From Rhizodiscina lignyota (lineage: Eukaryota): a DNA stretch of 64,000 nucleotides. Positions 38,724 through 50,378 of the stretch are shown here, one piece after another. Under the pieces are notes generated by a model. That model had not been told where the DNA came from. It did no database searches and was given only the letters and a program-made list of their open reading frames with translations. The translations under genes and the position numbers were made by a program. The stretch is from assembly GCA_010015805.1 (NCBI GenBank), contig ML978124.1, positions 1,674,001 through 1,738,000 on the forward strand, written 5' to 3'. How positions within the stretch are numbered: the first letter of the stretch is position 1; each line of letters starts with the position of its first letter.

Positions 38724-39284
38724 AGAAAACATCAGCTCTCTGAAACTGCATGTTAACTATAAAGACTTGACTAATACTGCACACAGAATTTTTTTGGTCG
38801 ACCCACTTTTACCCATTGCATCCATGGGTAGTCAGGAACATCCTCAGCTGTCTCCAAGGCTACAAAATCTTAGAATCTTCTTTACACCTTACATTTCCTG
38901 AAACCAATTTTCCCCTGACTGACCCTTACCGATGTTTCTAGCTCCTGCTCCGCCCAAGTGGAGAGCCTACCGCTGAAGTGGTACCCAAGTAAGAAATTCG
39001 GAGAAACCTTTTGGGCACATCTTTGGCTACCATTGGCAATTTTAGAGAATCAGAATTATTCTGTCATTGTCTAAACCTCCTCCAATGATGCTTCAGTGAC
39101 TATTGGAAGACTCCAGGGTCCATACAGAGACATAAAGTCGCTCTTTGGGGTGGCTCAATCGTGCTCTGCTTTCGCAATCCCGGTTGCTCCTAGCACACCA
39201 TTTCTGTCAGGGACTGGTAAAGAGAGGGATATCTGATTGATTTGTGCTATGCCGGCGGTAGTGCAGGGCCAAATTGCAGCAAGG

Positions 39285-40541
39285 ATGTGGTGCAGATGGA
39301 GCCGGCTATCAGGGGCTGATGGGCGAAGAATTGGAAGTGAGACGCGACATTGGATTCAGGAGGCTTTGGCCAAACCAAATCCAACATATGTTTCATCCCG
39401 GCGACTCTTCGGTATAGCGCGAAACAACGGAGGATGTCTATTTCGAAGAAGCGAAGAAAGAGCTAGAACGCAATTCATCCCAGCATCAACCGCTCTGGAA
39501 CCTTGCCGCTGGACAACATCATCCGCCCTCACAGGCACTGCTCGAGAACCAAATGTACAACCATACACACCTCCAACAACAGGACTCCTCTCATACCTTC
39601 CGCCGTCAGTCGTCCCATATGCTGAGCTCATTCGCCTCGACAAGCCAACCGGAACATACTATCTCTTTTTCCCATGTCTCTTCAGCACTCTCCTCGCGGC
39701 ACCTCTTGCAACCCCAATCGCTCCACCGCTTACAGTCATTGGGACCACGGCTCTCTTCTTCACCGGGGCGCTCGTCATGCGCGGCGCTGGGTGCACCATC
39801 AACGATCTATGGGACCGCAATCTTGATCCTCATGTAGCGCGAACAAGGCTGAGGCCGATTGCTCGGAAGGCTATAACTCCCTTCAACGGCCTTGTCTTCA
39901 CAGGCGCTCAGCTATTGACCGGATTGGCCGTACTCGTGCAGTTTCCAGTGCAGTGTCTCTACTACGGTATCCCGTCTCTTGCGCTGGTAGCGACATATCC
40001 GCTCGCAAAGCGTGTAACGCACTATCCACAATTTGTTCTCGGGCTCACATTCTCCTGGGGAGCCATTATGGGGTTTCCAGCCCTCGGGGTGGATCTTCTG
40101 TCTAACCAAGCAGCACTGACAGCAGCGGCATGTCTTTACGGTAGCAATATCGCCTGGACAGTGTTGTATGACATGATCTACGCCCACATGGACATCAAAG
40201 ATGACGTCAAGGCTGGTATCAAGAGCATTGCACTAAGGCACGAAAAGAACACCAAGGCTGTATTGAGTGGACTGGCGGTTGTCCAGATTGGCCTGCTTGC
40301 AGCAGCGGGGACTGCCGCTGGCGCAGGACCGATCTTCTTCGTCGGCAGCTGTGGTAGTGCTGCCGTCACGCTGGCAACGATGATATGGAGGGTCAAGCTG
40401 AAAGAGGTTGCGAACTGCTGGTGGTGGTTTAAGTACGGGTGTTGGTTCACGGGTGGAGGTATTGCACTTGGTTTGTTTGGAGACTATATTGCCAAGTGGA
40501 TGGGGGGAAAGGCAGAAAGTCAACAAGTGGAAGAGGGCTGA
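39285..40541 (+). CDS. COQ2: 4-hydroxybenzoate polyprenyltransferase
   Basis: PYAELIRLDKPTG, GAGCTINDLWDRNLD..RTRLRP and YDMIYAHMDIKDD (UbiA Asp-rich motifs), with an Arg/Ser-rich presequence. The start codon is uncertain. Confidence 0.95.
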   Translation: MWCRWSRLSGADGRRIGSETRHWIQEALAKPNPTYVSSRRLFGIARNNGGCLFRRSEERARTQFIPASTALEPCRWTTSSALTGTAREPNVQPYTPPTTGLLSYLPPSVVPYAELIRLDKPTGTYYLFFPCLFSTLLAAPLATPIAPPLTVIGTTALFFTGALVMRGAGCTINDLWDRNLDPHVARTRLRPIARKAITPFNGLVFTGAQLLTGLAVLVQFPVQCLYYGIPSLALVATYPLAKRVTHYPQFVLGLTFSWGAIMGFPALGVDLLSNQAALTAAACLYGSNIAWTVLYDMIYAHMDIKDDVKAGIKSIALRHEKNTKAVLSGLAVVQIGLLAAAGTAAGAGPIFFVGSCGSAAVTLATMIWRVKLKEVANCWWWFKYGCWFTGGGIALGLFGDYIAKWMGGKAESQQVEEG

Positions 40542-40871
40542 GCACTGTCTACTAATTGGAGCATGGGATTCAATTCGTCTCTGTATTCGATATGTGTACC
40601 ATAGATCTGCCGGAAAATCAAGACTTCTAACGGACTGGCAGCCTATGTGGTATCCACTCTGTGCGCCTTTGGCTCTCGATCGATTATTCCGCTTCCCTCG
40701 GCAGTCTCGATGTCGAGTTGGAAAGGCTAGCTTCTTGACCTCTCCATCTGTGAAGGGGTGCAAGAGAGCCATTCCTGGCTTGCGTACCAAGCTTCTCTAC
40801 GCTTGCATATCTTGGGTATTCCAGAACTTTTTTCATGTCCTAAGAACAAAATACGGAGTATTGTCATCCTC

Positions 40872-41633
40872 TCACTTACATCCAGTCATGATCCCCAAGT
40901 GCAGCTGGAAACCGCCACGTTTGTATGTTGGATTCTCCGATGTTGCAATACTAGGTTGAGGAGCGGTGTTTGCCACAGGCCCTTGTTTCTGTTTCTTAGG
41001 TATCAATCGCTTCTGAGGTTTGGTCCGCCAGCTGTCGTCGTGGCCGAACAAATGCGCATGCCCATTCGTTTTTGCAACTGAAGGTATACTGGACTTCGCA
41101 CGAAACTCCAACGCCGTGATCGTTTGCGGCTCTTCAACTACATTCTTATCTGCTGCATCCTCATCTGCTCGCTCCGGCCCATTTAACAGGTCTTCGAAAC
41201 GCTTCTGTGCTATCCGCGCAATCTCTTCTTCGCTCCATTCTCGCCTTGCTATCATCGAATCGATCATTCTTCTCCTAGCGTCGACACCAAGCTCAGTCCG
41301 CACCCATCGCAGCATATCTTCCGGCGACATCCATCCTTTGCTTATCATATGCTCTAGCAGTGCGTCTTCATGCTCTTGCGTTAACGTCCGCCTCCTGCCC
41401 ATTTCCTTGTGCTTCGGCGGTCGCACGGATCCATACATCGCGAGATTCTTCTTCCACTGGCGAATGGTGCGAATCGCTACTCCGGTTTCATTTTGAATCT
41501 CTGTTGTCTTCCGGCCTTGGAAGAGGAGTTTCACGACGCTTGCGACAACAGCGGAGTCGTAGCCATGGGTAGAAGCGTAGGGATCATGATGGGAACATTT
41601 CTTCGACTTTGGGGCTATAGGTGGCATCTGCAT
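40872..41633 (-). CDS. Protein with a Tc1/IS630 transposase-like paired HTH DNA-binding domain and no DDE domain
   Basis: EIQNETGVAIRTIRQWKKNL..GRRRTLT..EDALLE..MLRWVRTELGV..REWS resembles the N-terminus of fungal Tc1/IS630 transposases; it is followed by a low-complexity tail. Confidence 0.7.
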   Translation of the reverse strand: MQMPPIAPKSKKCSHHDPYASTHGYDSAVVASVVKLLFQGRKTTEIQNETGVAIRTIRQWKKNLAMYGSVRPPKHKEMGRRRTLTQEHEDALLEHMISKGWMSPEDMLRWVRTELGVDARRRMIDSMIARREWSEEEIARIAQKRFEDLLNGPERADEDAADKNVVEEPQTITALEFRAKSSIPSVAKTNGHAHLFGHDDSWRTKPQKRLIPKKQKQGPVANTAPQPSIATSENPTYKRGGFQLHLGIMTGCK

Positions 41634-42138
41634 ATCCGACTTAGTATCAAATCTGCCAAAGAAGACCTAGGCATGCTTACCGTTGCAGGAAGATTTGCGA
41701 GAAGATCAATGCGGAGTTGCATGTAAAGGTTGTTCTAAGGTGGAGGCTGTTGCTGTGGACAAGGATCGTGGTGCACCTATTTAGGTTAGTGTTTTCTACC
41801 ATAGCATGTGCATGTCCCTCACATCCTCTGGAATTTTTTCTGATTCCAAACGGTCTGTCTGACAAGAATATTGTTCGAAAAGTGGATTAATTAAAATGAC
41901 CCGGTGAAATTTTTGCTCTATTCTACGTAATTACTTTGCCAGACGAAAGAAGTATACGTTATTCTGTAACGCGTAAGGATTCCAGCTCTCAACATCTGTG
42001 TCGCTTAGTCTCTTAAATTAGCTATTCATTTGACGTATAAAACCTGCATGTGTCTACTGTCTGCATGTGCAGTATAAACATGACTAAAAGAGGGGGAGTA
42101 CTCAAATTTTACAATCGGAATCATTCATATTTACAATA

Positions 42139-43634
42139 TCAAAGCGGCGACTTCTTGTCCGCCTCGGCCAGAGCTAAGTCTATAAGCATCCAAAATGTGG
42201 GTATCTCAAGTGTTCTGGGTATCCTGATTCCTTTTTCGCTCTCCCTCAACAGCTTCACGACCGTTCTCCCGCACTGTCCAGAGTCCTTGAAATGGCGTCT
42301 CCGCTCGAACGAGTTTGGCTCGCCTTCGGGCACCACGTAGATCTCGAACCGCTCTCCATTCATGTCTTCGAACAGCTCTGGCGTAAGAGCAGCCGTTACT
42401 GCGACTGGGTCGTGTAGCGGCGGCCCTTGATTCATCCCAAATTCTCGGTGGTAAGTTTTGGAGAAGAAGATCAAGAGCTCGTGAAACATTTGCCGAAGGG
42501 TTGTGCGCTCGCCGCTCTTCTCTTTTCCATAGCCATACGAAAGGAGCTCCAACACCTTCGGGCTCGCAAGCACTTGATGTGTGATGTCCAATGGTACGAA
42601 CGTAGTCTTCTCGGCCAGTGCAGTATTGGAGAAGACAGCTTGCGCCGCTTCCGGGTCGCAATATATGTTGAACTCTGCAAATGGGCTCCAATTGCCACAT
42701 GCATTCTTCTGCTGTATCAACATCGTTGCCAAGTCCTCATCACTAATATCATCCACCTCAAGGGCCAATCCTTTTTCTCTGAACAACTTTGCTAATTCAA
42801 CTGGGGCGATGTCTGGAGGACCTTCAGGATACTCCCTCCACACCTGCGGCGACAGCTTCACGCGTTCCGCATACCGTCCCATCGGTGCGTGAGTGAAGAA
42901 GTTGCCAACTCCACCTCCCATGATACTCAGGCCGCGGATATGACTTGCAAGGTTCGGGTGAAGAGCAAAGAGGAGTGCGGCGTTAGTCATCGTGCCAGTT
43001 GTAACGAGCCATGCCGAATCGCGAGGTGTATTGATGAGTGCATTGTACATAGCATTAACAGCAGTTACATTTGTAACTGGCGGTTTGACAGGTTCTGGGA
43101 GCAGATCTGTCCCATCAAGACCAGTTTTGCCTGTTTCAAGTGTTAGTCGTGTGGAGAACGAGCATTCAGAAATGCGCCGGACCATGGTACTCAGGTGCAT
43201 ATACAGCATATCTAGCGAAAGGTTTTGCAGCGCCCGGGTAGACAGGGACGTCTCGGCAGCCAATTGCCTCCAGTACAGACTGCGTGTTCCACGTCGTGTT
43301 CTCGAGCGAGGCATTGCCATGAACGGTACTTACGCCTAAGAGGTTGAACCGTGGGCATTGAGTGGCGAGGAGAATGGCAAACGCATCCTTAAAGACTGGA
43401 TCAGCTATATAATGTGCATGGTAAGAATGAGCGTGATTCGTACATCGTGTCCTAAACGTCCGTCAGTTCATCTGAATTACACTCAGCGAGCCGTGATGAA
43501 GCTGGGTACGCCAATCAGAGCAACCAGAAATCGCTTAACTTACCTGTATCACAATCAAGCCAGATTGGTATAACATGTTGGCTTTTATCTTTTCCCCAGA
43601 TTTGCAAGGCCTTTTGTCTTGCGGCGTAATCCAT
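42139..43634 (-). CDS. URH1: Inosine-uridine preferring nucleoside hydrolase (URH1-like)
   Basis: MDYAARQ..PIWLDCDTG|HD|DAFAI (DxDxGxDD assembled via an 8-nt exon at 43444-43451), STVHGN, HGKTGLDG, TGTMTN, AEFNIYCDPEAA and PPLHDP. Confidence 0.92.
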
Positions 43635-44104
43635 TTCTTATATTGGACAATGGAAAAGAATGGACAACCAGCTTTGACAGCGCGCCGACATTGATATGGT
43701 CAAAGCCTTCCTGAAAGGGTTGGAGAAAAGGGAACGGGCGCTGGAGACAGGGTTCAGACTGGAACGGCAATATCGGAACATCAAAGGAGATGTCTGTCAG
43801 CAAGCAAAATTTTTCGACATATTCCTATGCGGCACTCACTGGGCTTGGCGAAGAGTTGATCTCAGCACGAATTAGGCACGTCTAGTTTAAACTTCATTCA
43901 TGATCAAAACAAATTTAACAATGTTTATTTGATTTCAATTTTTTTTTTTTAGGCTTAACAAGTTCTTATCCGCATGTTTGAAGATCTCGGCCATGCCTCA
44001 AGCTCACAGTGAGACCAGCAAAGTTGGACAGCAAGAAGAAGCCAGGAGTAGACTACCAAGGACATACAATGCTCGCTAATCCCCCAAGTATCCTGCATCC
44101 CCGA

Positions 44105-47100
44105 TCATTGAACATTGCTCATTTGCTCATGCAACCTTAGTCGGCATCCTCGCCGGAATCTCATCCTCGCCGGAATCTCATCCTCACTGCTGTCGTCTTC
44201 CTCCTCACTATCATCCGAAATCTGCACAATAGTTGGTGTGGCTATCGTCTTTGGCACTGGTGCACTACTCTTGCCGACAATCTTGATCTTCTTTCCTTTC
44301 GATAGAATTGAGGGACGGATCTGCCTGGGCGGGGACGGAGCATCTTCTTCATCGGAATCTGATTCGATTTCAGAGGTGCCGTCCATGGCCCATTTCGCGG
44401 CTTGCATCTTTGCGTTGACGTTTTCGCGGCTCTGTTCAAGTAAGGCTGCAGCGGATCTTGCCATGTTAACAGCTATGAATGACGAACCTCCTATTGCTGG
44501 GATCGTATGTTGGTTCTTTGGCGGACGTCCACGACCACGTTTGGCACTACCAGTTGAAGGGGTGACACTAGCAGAAGCATTCGCTGGTGCGCCTGAGTTG
44601 TGATTCTTTGGCGGACGTCCGCGGCCACGTTTGGCACTATCAGTTGAAGGGGTGACACTAGTAGAAGCATTCGCTGGTGCACTTGAGTTGTGCTTCTTCG
44701 CCTGTGCTGGCCGTTTTGCGGTAGGTGCTCCATTAATGACAGAATCTCCATCGTCAGTGTCGCCCTCCGCATCGACATCCATATTGCCAGTACTGGCGCG
44801 AATGGGTCGTATCATGGGAGCCTTCATTGCTGTTGCTTTGGGAGGGAGAGTCTGACGTCGGGCAACATCTGCTTTGCGATCGCGCTTACGTCCTACAGTT
44901 CCATCTTTGAAATTTGCCGGAAGCTCAGTCAAATCGCCAGCTTCACCGCGTGCCCGGCGTGACGTGCCTTTGCGGATAACTTCGTCCTGGCCGTCAGCCA
45001 TATCCACGTCTGAACCATCAGAAGCGACTTCGATTTCTTCATATGTCACTTTGGGAGCGCGACGTTTGTGCTTGTTGAATCCGTCAGGCTCGCGGTCTTT
45101 TCGGCGATCCCGAAGGGTGAAGTCCTCGTCATCTTCAACTGCAACTTTGTATTGTGTCACATTCTTCTTCTGCGTAAGTCCTGGGCTTGGTAAGGTCATA
45201 GTGCTCTTCGGCTGTGGTATGTCCGACCGAATCAAGACTGTGTTCAGTCTTGACATTGCGCCATTTGTAACCGGCTTTGGAGGTGGTGGTCGATAGTTCT
45301 TGGAAGGGTTCGAAACAATATCACGAAGCTTCTCGCCGTTAATGGACAATTGCACAATCTTGCTCTTTCCTCTCATTTGCGCATACACAATAATATAGCG
45401 ACCATCTCTCCTTGCCTCGTCGATTAGCTTCTTCTCCTGATCTTGCTGATACTGCTTAGTGGCCTTGTTGATTTTCGGGGGTACAAGTGGTTTTGTGAGT
45501 TTCTGTTTTTTGTCCGCTACTAACTTGATCTCGCCGTCATCCGATGGTCGTGGTCGCTTCTTGTGATTTGTCACAGGCGATTTTTGCGAAACGGATCCTG
45601 GGTCAGGATATGCGTATTGCGTAGACTCCCCCTCGCTCTGACCATAAATCGCTGACGAAGGATGGGTGAATAGACTATCGCCATTCGCTTCTGCGCCTTC
45701 CATGGTATCGCCTTCAGTCATTCGAAGCGACGGATCAACAAAACCGTTCACACCCACAGCCCAGTTCGTTGCTGTCCCGCCGCCGAGTGCTGGGTCGATG
45801 CTATCCTCCACCGGAGAGTACGATATCTGGCCCCTAGTAGTGTCGTCTTCCAAGGCATAGTGATCATCAAGCGTGGGATCGCTTTGTTTCGCTGCTTCCG
45901 CTTCACGTCGCCTCTTCTCCATCCTGGGATTATTGATACCAGGAATGTCCGTAGCGTCTAGCCAGTTCAGATTCGACGCTCCAAAATCAACCAAACTCTC
46001 AATACTCCTCACGTCCGCAACATTCTTGGTATTATGGCCCAACATGGTCCCCTTGGGCTGATATGGTCTTTGTCTAGAATCTTTTCGACACGCTCCAGTA
46101 TTGCAGACCTTTCTACAATGCGGGCATTCCCACTGTGGATCTTCCATGACAGCAGTCGGATGAAGATCGTGAGCTCTCCATAAGCTTCCATAACACCAGT
46201 AACGATCGCACATTGTGCATACAGCCATCTTCCAGTGCGCATGTCGGTGGCAGCAGACGTGACAAGGAGCGGAGGTTTGGAGCCAAGCCTTGTTCTTCTT
46301 CCGAATCTTCTTAACCCGGCCGTCCTCATCCACCTCGATTTCCTCTTCAGAAGCTGTTTCTTCTGGATCCGGGTCTGGTTTCTTGATGTCTACCCAAGGT
46401 CGCACTTTAAGCTGATACTGGCAAATTTGTGCCAGAGTTCGTTTAGGATAAATACGACGCTCTTCGGTCAGCGGGAGTTGTGTTGCGACACCTCCATCAA
46501 TCTCGATAATTTGTTTTCTCCATTCCTCGTACCGCTGAAGTAGGTCTCTCCACTTCCATTGTTCGACCCATTTGAAGTTCGACTGACAGGAGCAGCTGCG
46601 CCCCATCGTGAAGCAGTCCATGCACATATCATACGGCTCGTCATTCTCGGTGTCCAGTGCTCTCGGGCACGTCTTGCATGTTAAGAATCGATTGAAAATA
46701 TTGCCGCGGCAATAAGCACAGGTGATGTTGCTGTCGTATGCAAGGAATTCGCACTGCTCTTTTGGCCTTTCTGGGTCGAACATCTCGGAGAGCATTATGC
46801 TCTTGAACATTTCGAACAGGCGTTTGAAGTCTTTCTGGACTTGCCGAATCTTTTTAGAGGTGCGAATGGCGTGCGCTTCTTGGTCGCTCCGGTAGCTTTG
46901 CGATTGAGCAAGACGTAACAGGCCGGAGTATTTTAGGAGGGTATAATAGATGATTGATTTGTTCTTGTACTGTTCATCACGACATACCATGCGTGCATTT
47001 GGAAGTGCTTCCTTGAGAGCCATCTCGAGAGTCTCAACGGTTGTGCGATTCCAGGCGACCTTCATGGTTCGAGTTCCTCGGTTCCAAACTTGATGAGGAG

Positions 47101-48099
47101 CCAGAGGAGGTATCAGGATGAAGTCTCCCGGCTTCTGTTCAACGACATACGTCTTGAAAGGAGCCTTCTGCCACGCAACGACCTGAGCAAAGTGGCTCTC
47201 AACCTCAATGTCGTGTCCAAGAGTGGAAAGCCAGTATTCAGCAACCATATGCCGGTCCTTGGATTCGGTCATGAACCAAATCGACGAGCCCGGTCGCTCA
47301 GGTTTGCCGTCGTCACCAACAGTTCCTGATGCTTCCACCATGATGTTTTGACCAAGTGATGCACACATCTCTCGATGAGATGGTGTATATGTACCCTCAT
47401 GACCGATATAGCACATCAGATTCTCGGCACGCATCTCAGGTGGCAGGCTGCTCATCAAATCGCCCGCGGGTGCAATGCTCTTGCCTTTGCGACGGCCTGA
47501 CGAGTTCGGTATAGGTTCATCGACTGCACCTGGACCACCAGTCTCTCCCGTGCTCTCATTCAGATAGAACAAGCCGCCAGGAATCTGTTCCTTCACTTTC
47601 TCATGCCAGACTGGTGGGCAGTCGATATCTTTCAGATAGATGCGCTGACGATTTAGATCTTTGTAGTTGTCCTTCTTCTCGAAGTATTGATTCGCGAGTG
47701 CGCCCATGTGACGGAGGTAGTGGCCGATTGTGAGAGGGAGATTCTCCTTGCTGGTCAAGTTGCGCGCATTTTCGACTGCAATGTGAGTCAGCATCATGAC
47801 TTGATAGATTGATATGGGCCACCAGACCCACCTTTGTCGCCATGATTCTCTATCAGCCAGCGCCGCTGGAAAGTCCAAGGGTCCAGCTTCTCGTCGAATC
47901 CATCAATCACCAAGGGCTTTCCTCCAATAATGACATGCAGGAGCACCAGCTTTTCGAATTGTTCCATGCCATTTTCCTTGATCGTGTCATACGATATTCG
48001 GTCGACGTATTGAAAATTGTCGGTTTCCTCGACGACAGTGCGGACGTCAAAATCCGGGGAAAGAGGCTCGAAGGACGCGTGCTGTCGCCGCGCGGGCAT
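44105..48099 (-). CDS. JmjC-domain chromatin protein with Cys-rich zinc fingers and AT-hooks (Neurospora DMM-1-like)
   Basis: Exon 1 MPARRQHASFEP..GGKPLVIDG, an intron at ~47777-47830, JmjC YIGHEGTYTPSHREMC..PHQVWN, CxxC clusters and two RGRGRPPK AT-hooks. DMM-1 orthology is inferred from domain layout. Confidence 0.85.
44145..44185. repeat. 17-bp tandem duplication (CATCCTCGCCGGAATCT x2.4)
   Basis: Exact copies at 44145-44161 and 44162-44178 plus a partial copy. Confidence 0.92.
44514..44692. repeat. 90-bp tandem duplication encoding two AT-hooks
   Basis: TTCTTTGGCGGACGTCC starts at 44514 and again at 44604. The unit is HNS(S/G)APANAS(T/A)SVTPST(D/G)SAKRGRGRPPKN. Confidence 0.92.
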
Positions 48100-48480
48100 T
48101 TTTGCGACGAAGCTTCATCCACAAAGAAAGCAGGCGATGCTTTTATAATTGCTGTCGTACGAAGCCGAGGCGATGGAAGCGACTCAGCAGAGATAGTAAA
48201 GCGATGCGCGACAGGTTGTGAGGTGAACTTAAATCGAAATGGAAGAAAGTCAAAAGCTCAAAGTGGTGGGCAGTTGAAGCTAAGTGCGGCCCGTGCGCAA
48301 TGATATAGCAAAAGTCACGAAGGCCTGGGAGCAGTTTGGGGAAACCTCGTACGAATGCAGAATATCTATTTCATGAATTTATATAGTACATATCATAAAG
48401 TACTGTTGCAGCTATTGATACCCGAGTTCCTAAAACGCCATTCGCTTAAGTCTAGGGAGTTTGTATGTTCCCCGCCCAGT

Positions 48481-49936
48481 TCATGACCCAGCAGCAAGGA
48501 AGCTCAGCAGACTTCCTACAGTCAGTCCACTAACAAGGCATAGGCCCATGAAGCCTCCAGCAGCCTCCCTCTCTTCTGGATCGACCCAATCAACAGCTCC
48601 CATCATGCAGGTACTCCCAATGAACCCATTCGTAAGCCCAAACAAAAATTGCACAATGACCAGATAGAAGAAATCGCTGGGAATCTTTGCTCCCTCATTT
48701 CGGATGTTGCATAAAAGGTACATCGGGATGAAGATTACCCTCGCCACTGAAAGGATGAATACTAGCTTCGGTCGCGAAGTAAGGCGTAGAGCGGGAATGC
48801 CTGTGCAAAGACGACCGACAAGGTCGCCAGAATTCCAGAATAGGAATGCAAGCGGGATGAAGGAGGCTGGTTGCGTAATTGGAAAGTGGTTGTCCGGTGC
48901 CGGTGGGTTTACGCTTTCAATCTTCTGAGTGAAGACTGGGAATACCATGGTGATACCTCCAAGCCGTTAGTCAAGTAATAGAGGGAAAAGGGCTAAGACA
49001 TACCAAAGGTGAGAAACACTGCACCAGCCAGCCATCTTAGCTTAGACAATAGCGTGAGCATCGGTACACTCCTCCTAACAGCGTCTTCTGCGGGAGCGTT
49101 GTCTGGCACTAGCTTCTTGCCATGCTTGTCCCGATTTCTGGCGACAAGATACAAGAATGCCACCAGAGTAAGCAGACTGACGGCTGTAGCAGTCAAGAAG
49201 TATGAGAAAGCAGATGTGCTCGACTGCTCAGGGACGCCGTTGCCCTTGTCCTTTGCAGGAGCGCCCATCACGCTCACTATCTGCGCGATACATGGGAGCA
49301 CGCCTGCTACGGCTTGCCCAGTCATGATACCCTGCGGATACTCTTCTCGTCCGAACCCGCTAACATATGCGAAGACGCCGTTCTGACATAAACCGGCCGC
49401 CAAACTCGCAGCAAGAACCATAACCAGGACAAAGCCGAAGTATACGCCTGCGGAAACAGATGTGAAGAGCCGCGTTGATATGGCTAACAGAGTAAATGCC
49501 ACCATGTTGATAACAAGCGACCATATTATTCGTCCAGGATAGTTTGCGCGGGCCTGAAGGTTTGTCAGGAGCAGCATAGCCCCGAGATTCGCGACCGTCG
49601 AGATGGACAATTCGGCGGCTTGGAAGTTCTTGAGAACCCATGGAGAAGATTGAAACCGGCGCTGGAAGTATGGTCCGGCGGCTAGAAACATGTTCCTACA
49701 CTGATTGTCAGTCTCATTACAATGAAGCTTTCGTCCGAATATACACACCAAGCCCAAAGCATTGCAACACCAATCAGCATAAAGATCAAATAATCCATCC
49801 AAGAGAACTTCTTCTCTCCTTCCCTCCCATCTCTTTCATCCCAGTCATTCCCATGATCAGTGTCCGCACCTCCGTTTTCAAGTAGTGGTTGATAGCTCGG
49901 CGTACGCCTGAATACCCTCTTGACTCGTTCCATCAT
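48481..49936 (-). CDS. Equilibrative nucleoside transporter (FUN26-like)
   Basis: FMLIGVAMLWAW|NMFLAA, IMTGQAVAGV, MVFPVFT, WNSGDLVGR and FGLTNG; two introns. An alternative start lies at 50029. Confidence 0.92.
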
Positions 49937-50378
49937 GTCGTCGAAGAAGGATGGGTTCGTCGAGACGTGGGCATCTCTCGCACTAGATATATCAGGCGAG
50001 CGTGGCTCAGCCTGCGACTCATCCTGCATATCGCATGTCGCGTGGCGGAAGCCTGGTTGGATGCAGATGGGCTCAGACCGCGCGTGAGGTGGTCACGGAC
50101 GATGACATGGATGGGACCATTCAATATGGCAGGATATGCGCTGTGGTTTGCCGAAAGGGGGCTAAACCACAGTACGAGACATTCCCGTCCTTTCACAGAC
50201 TTCGTCTACTGTAATGGCAAGCACATACCAATAATTCAAATAGATTTTATTTATTAATTTTCATATTAATACAATTGAAAGTTACTATTACGCATAGTCC
50301 TTATCCCTCATTAAATGGTCATCATAATAGTACAATCAAGTCATTGCTGAAGATCAACCTTTCTTCACTCACAGAGCC

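Noticed and set aside
38786..38830. Sm-site-like AATTTTTTTGG followed by a TACCCAT/ATGGGTA hairpin
   Set aside because: A 7-bp stem is near chance level and no snRNA-specific motif is present.
39123..39131. U6 snRNA ACAGAGA box
   Set aside because: It is not followed by AGATTAGCATGG or the internal stem-loop.
38991..39240. RNase P RNA (GAAATTCGG resembles CR-I; TCTGATT could form P4)
   Set aside because: It lacks the conserved GGGAAATTCGGTG, the AC..A of CR-V and any P1 helix.
41870..42130. TpA-rich patch as a RIP-mutated transposon relic
   Set aside because: It is short and has no coding remnant or TIR; it is compatible with an ordinary terminator/promoter region.
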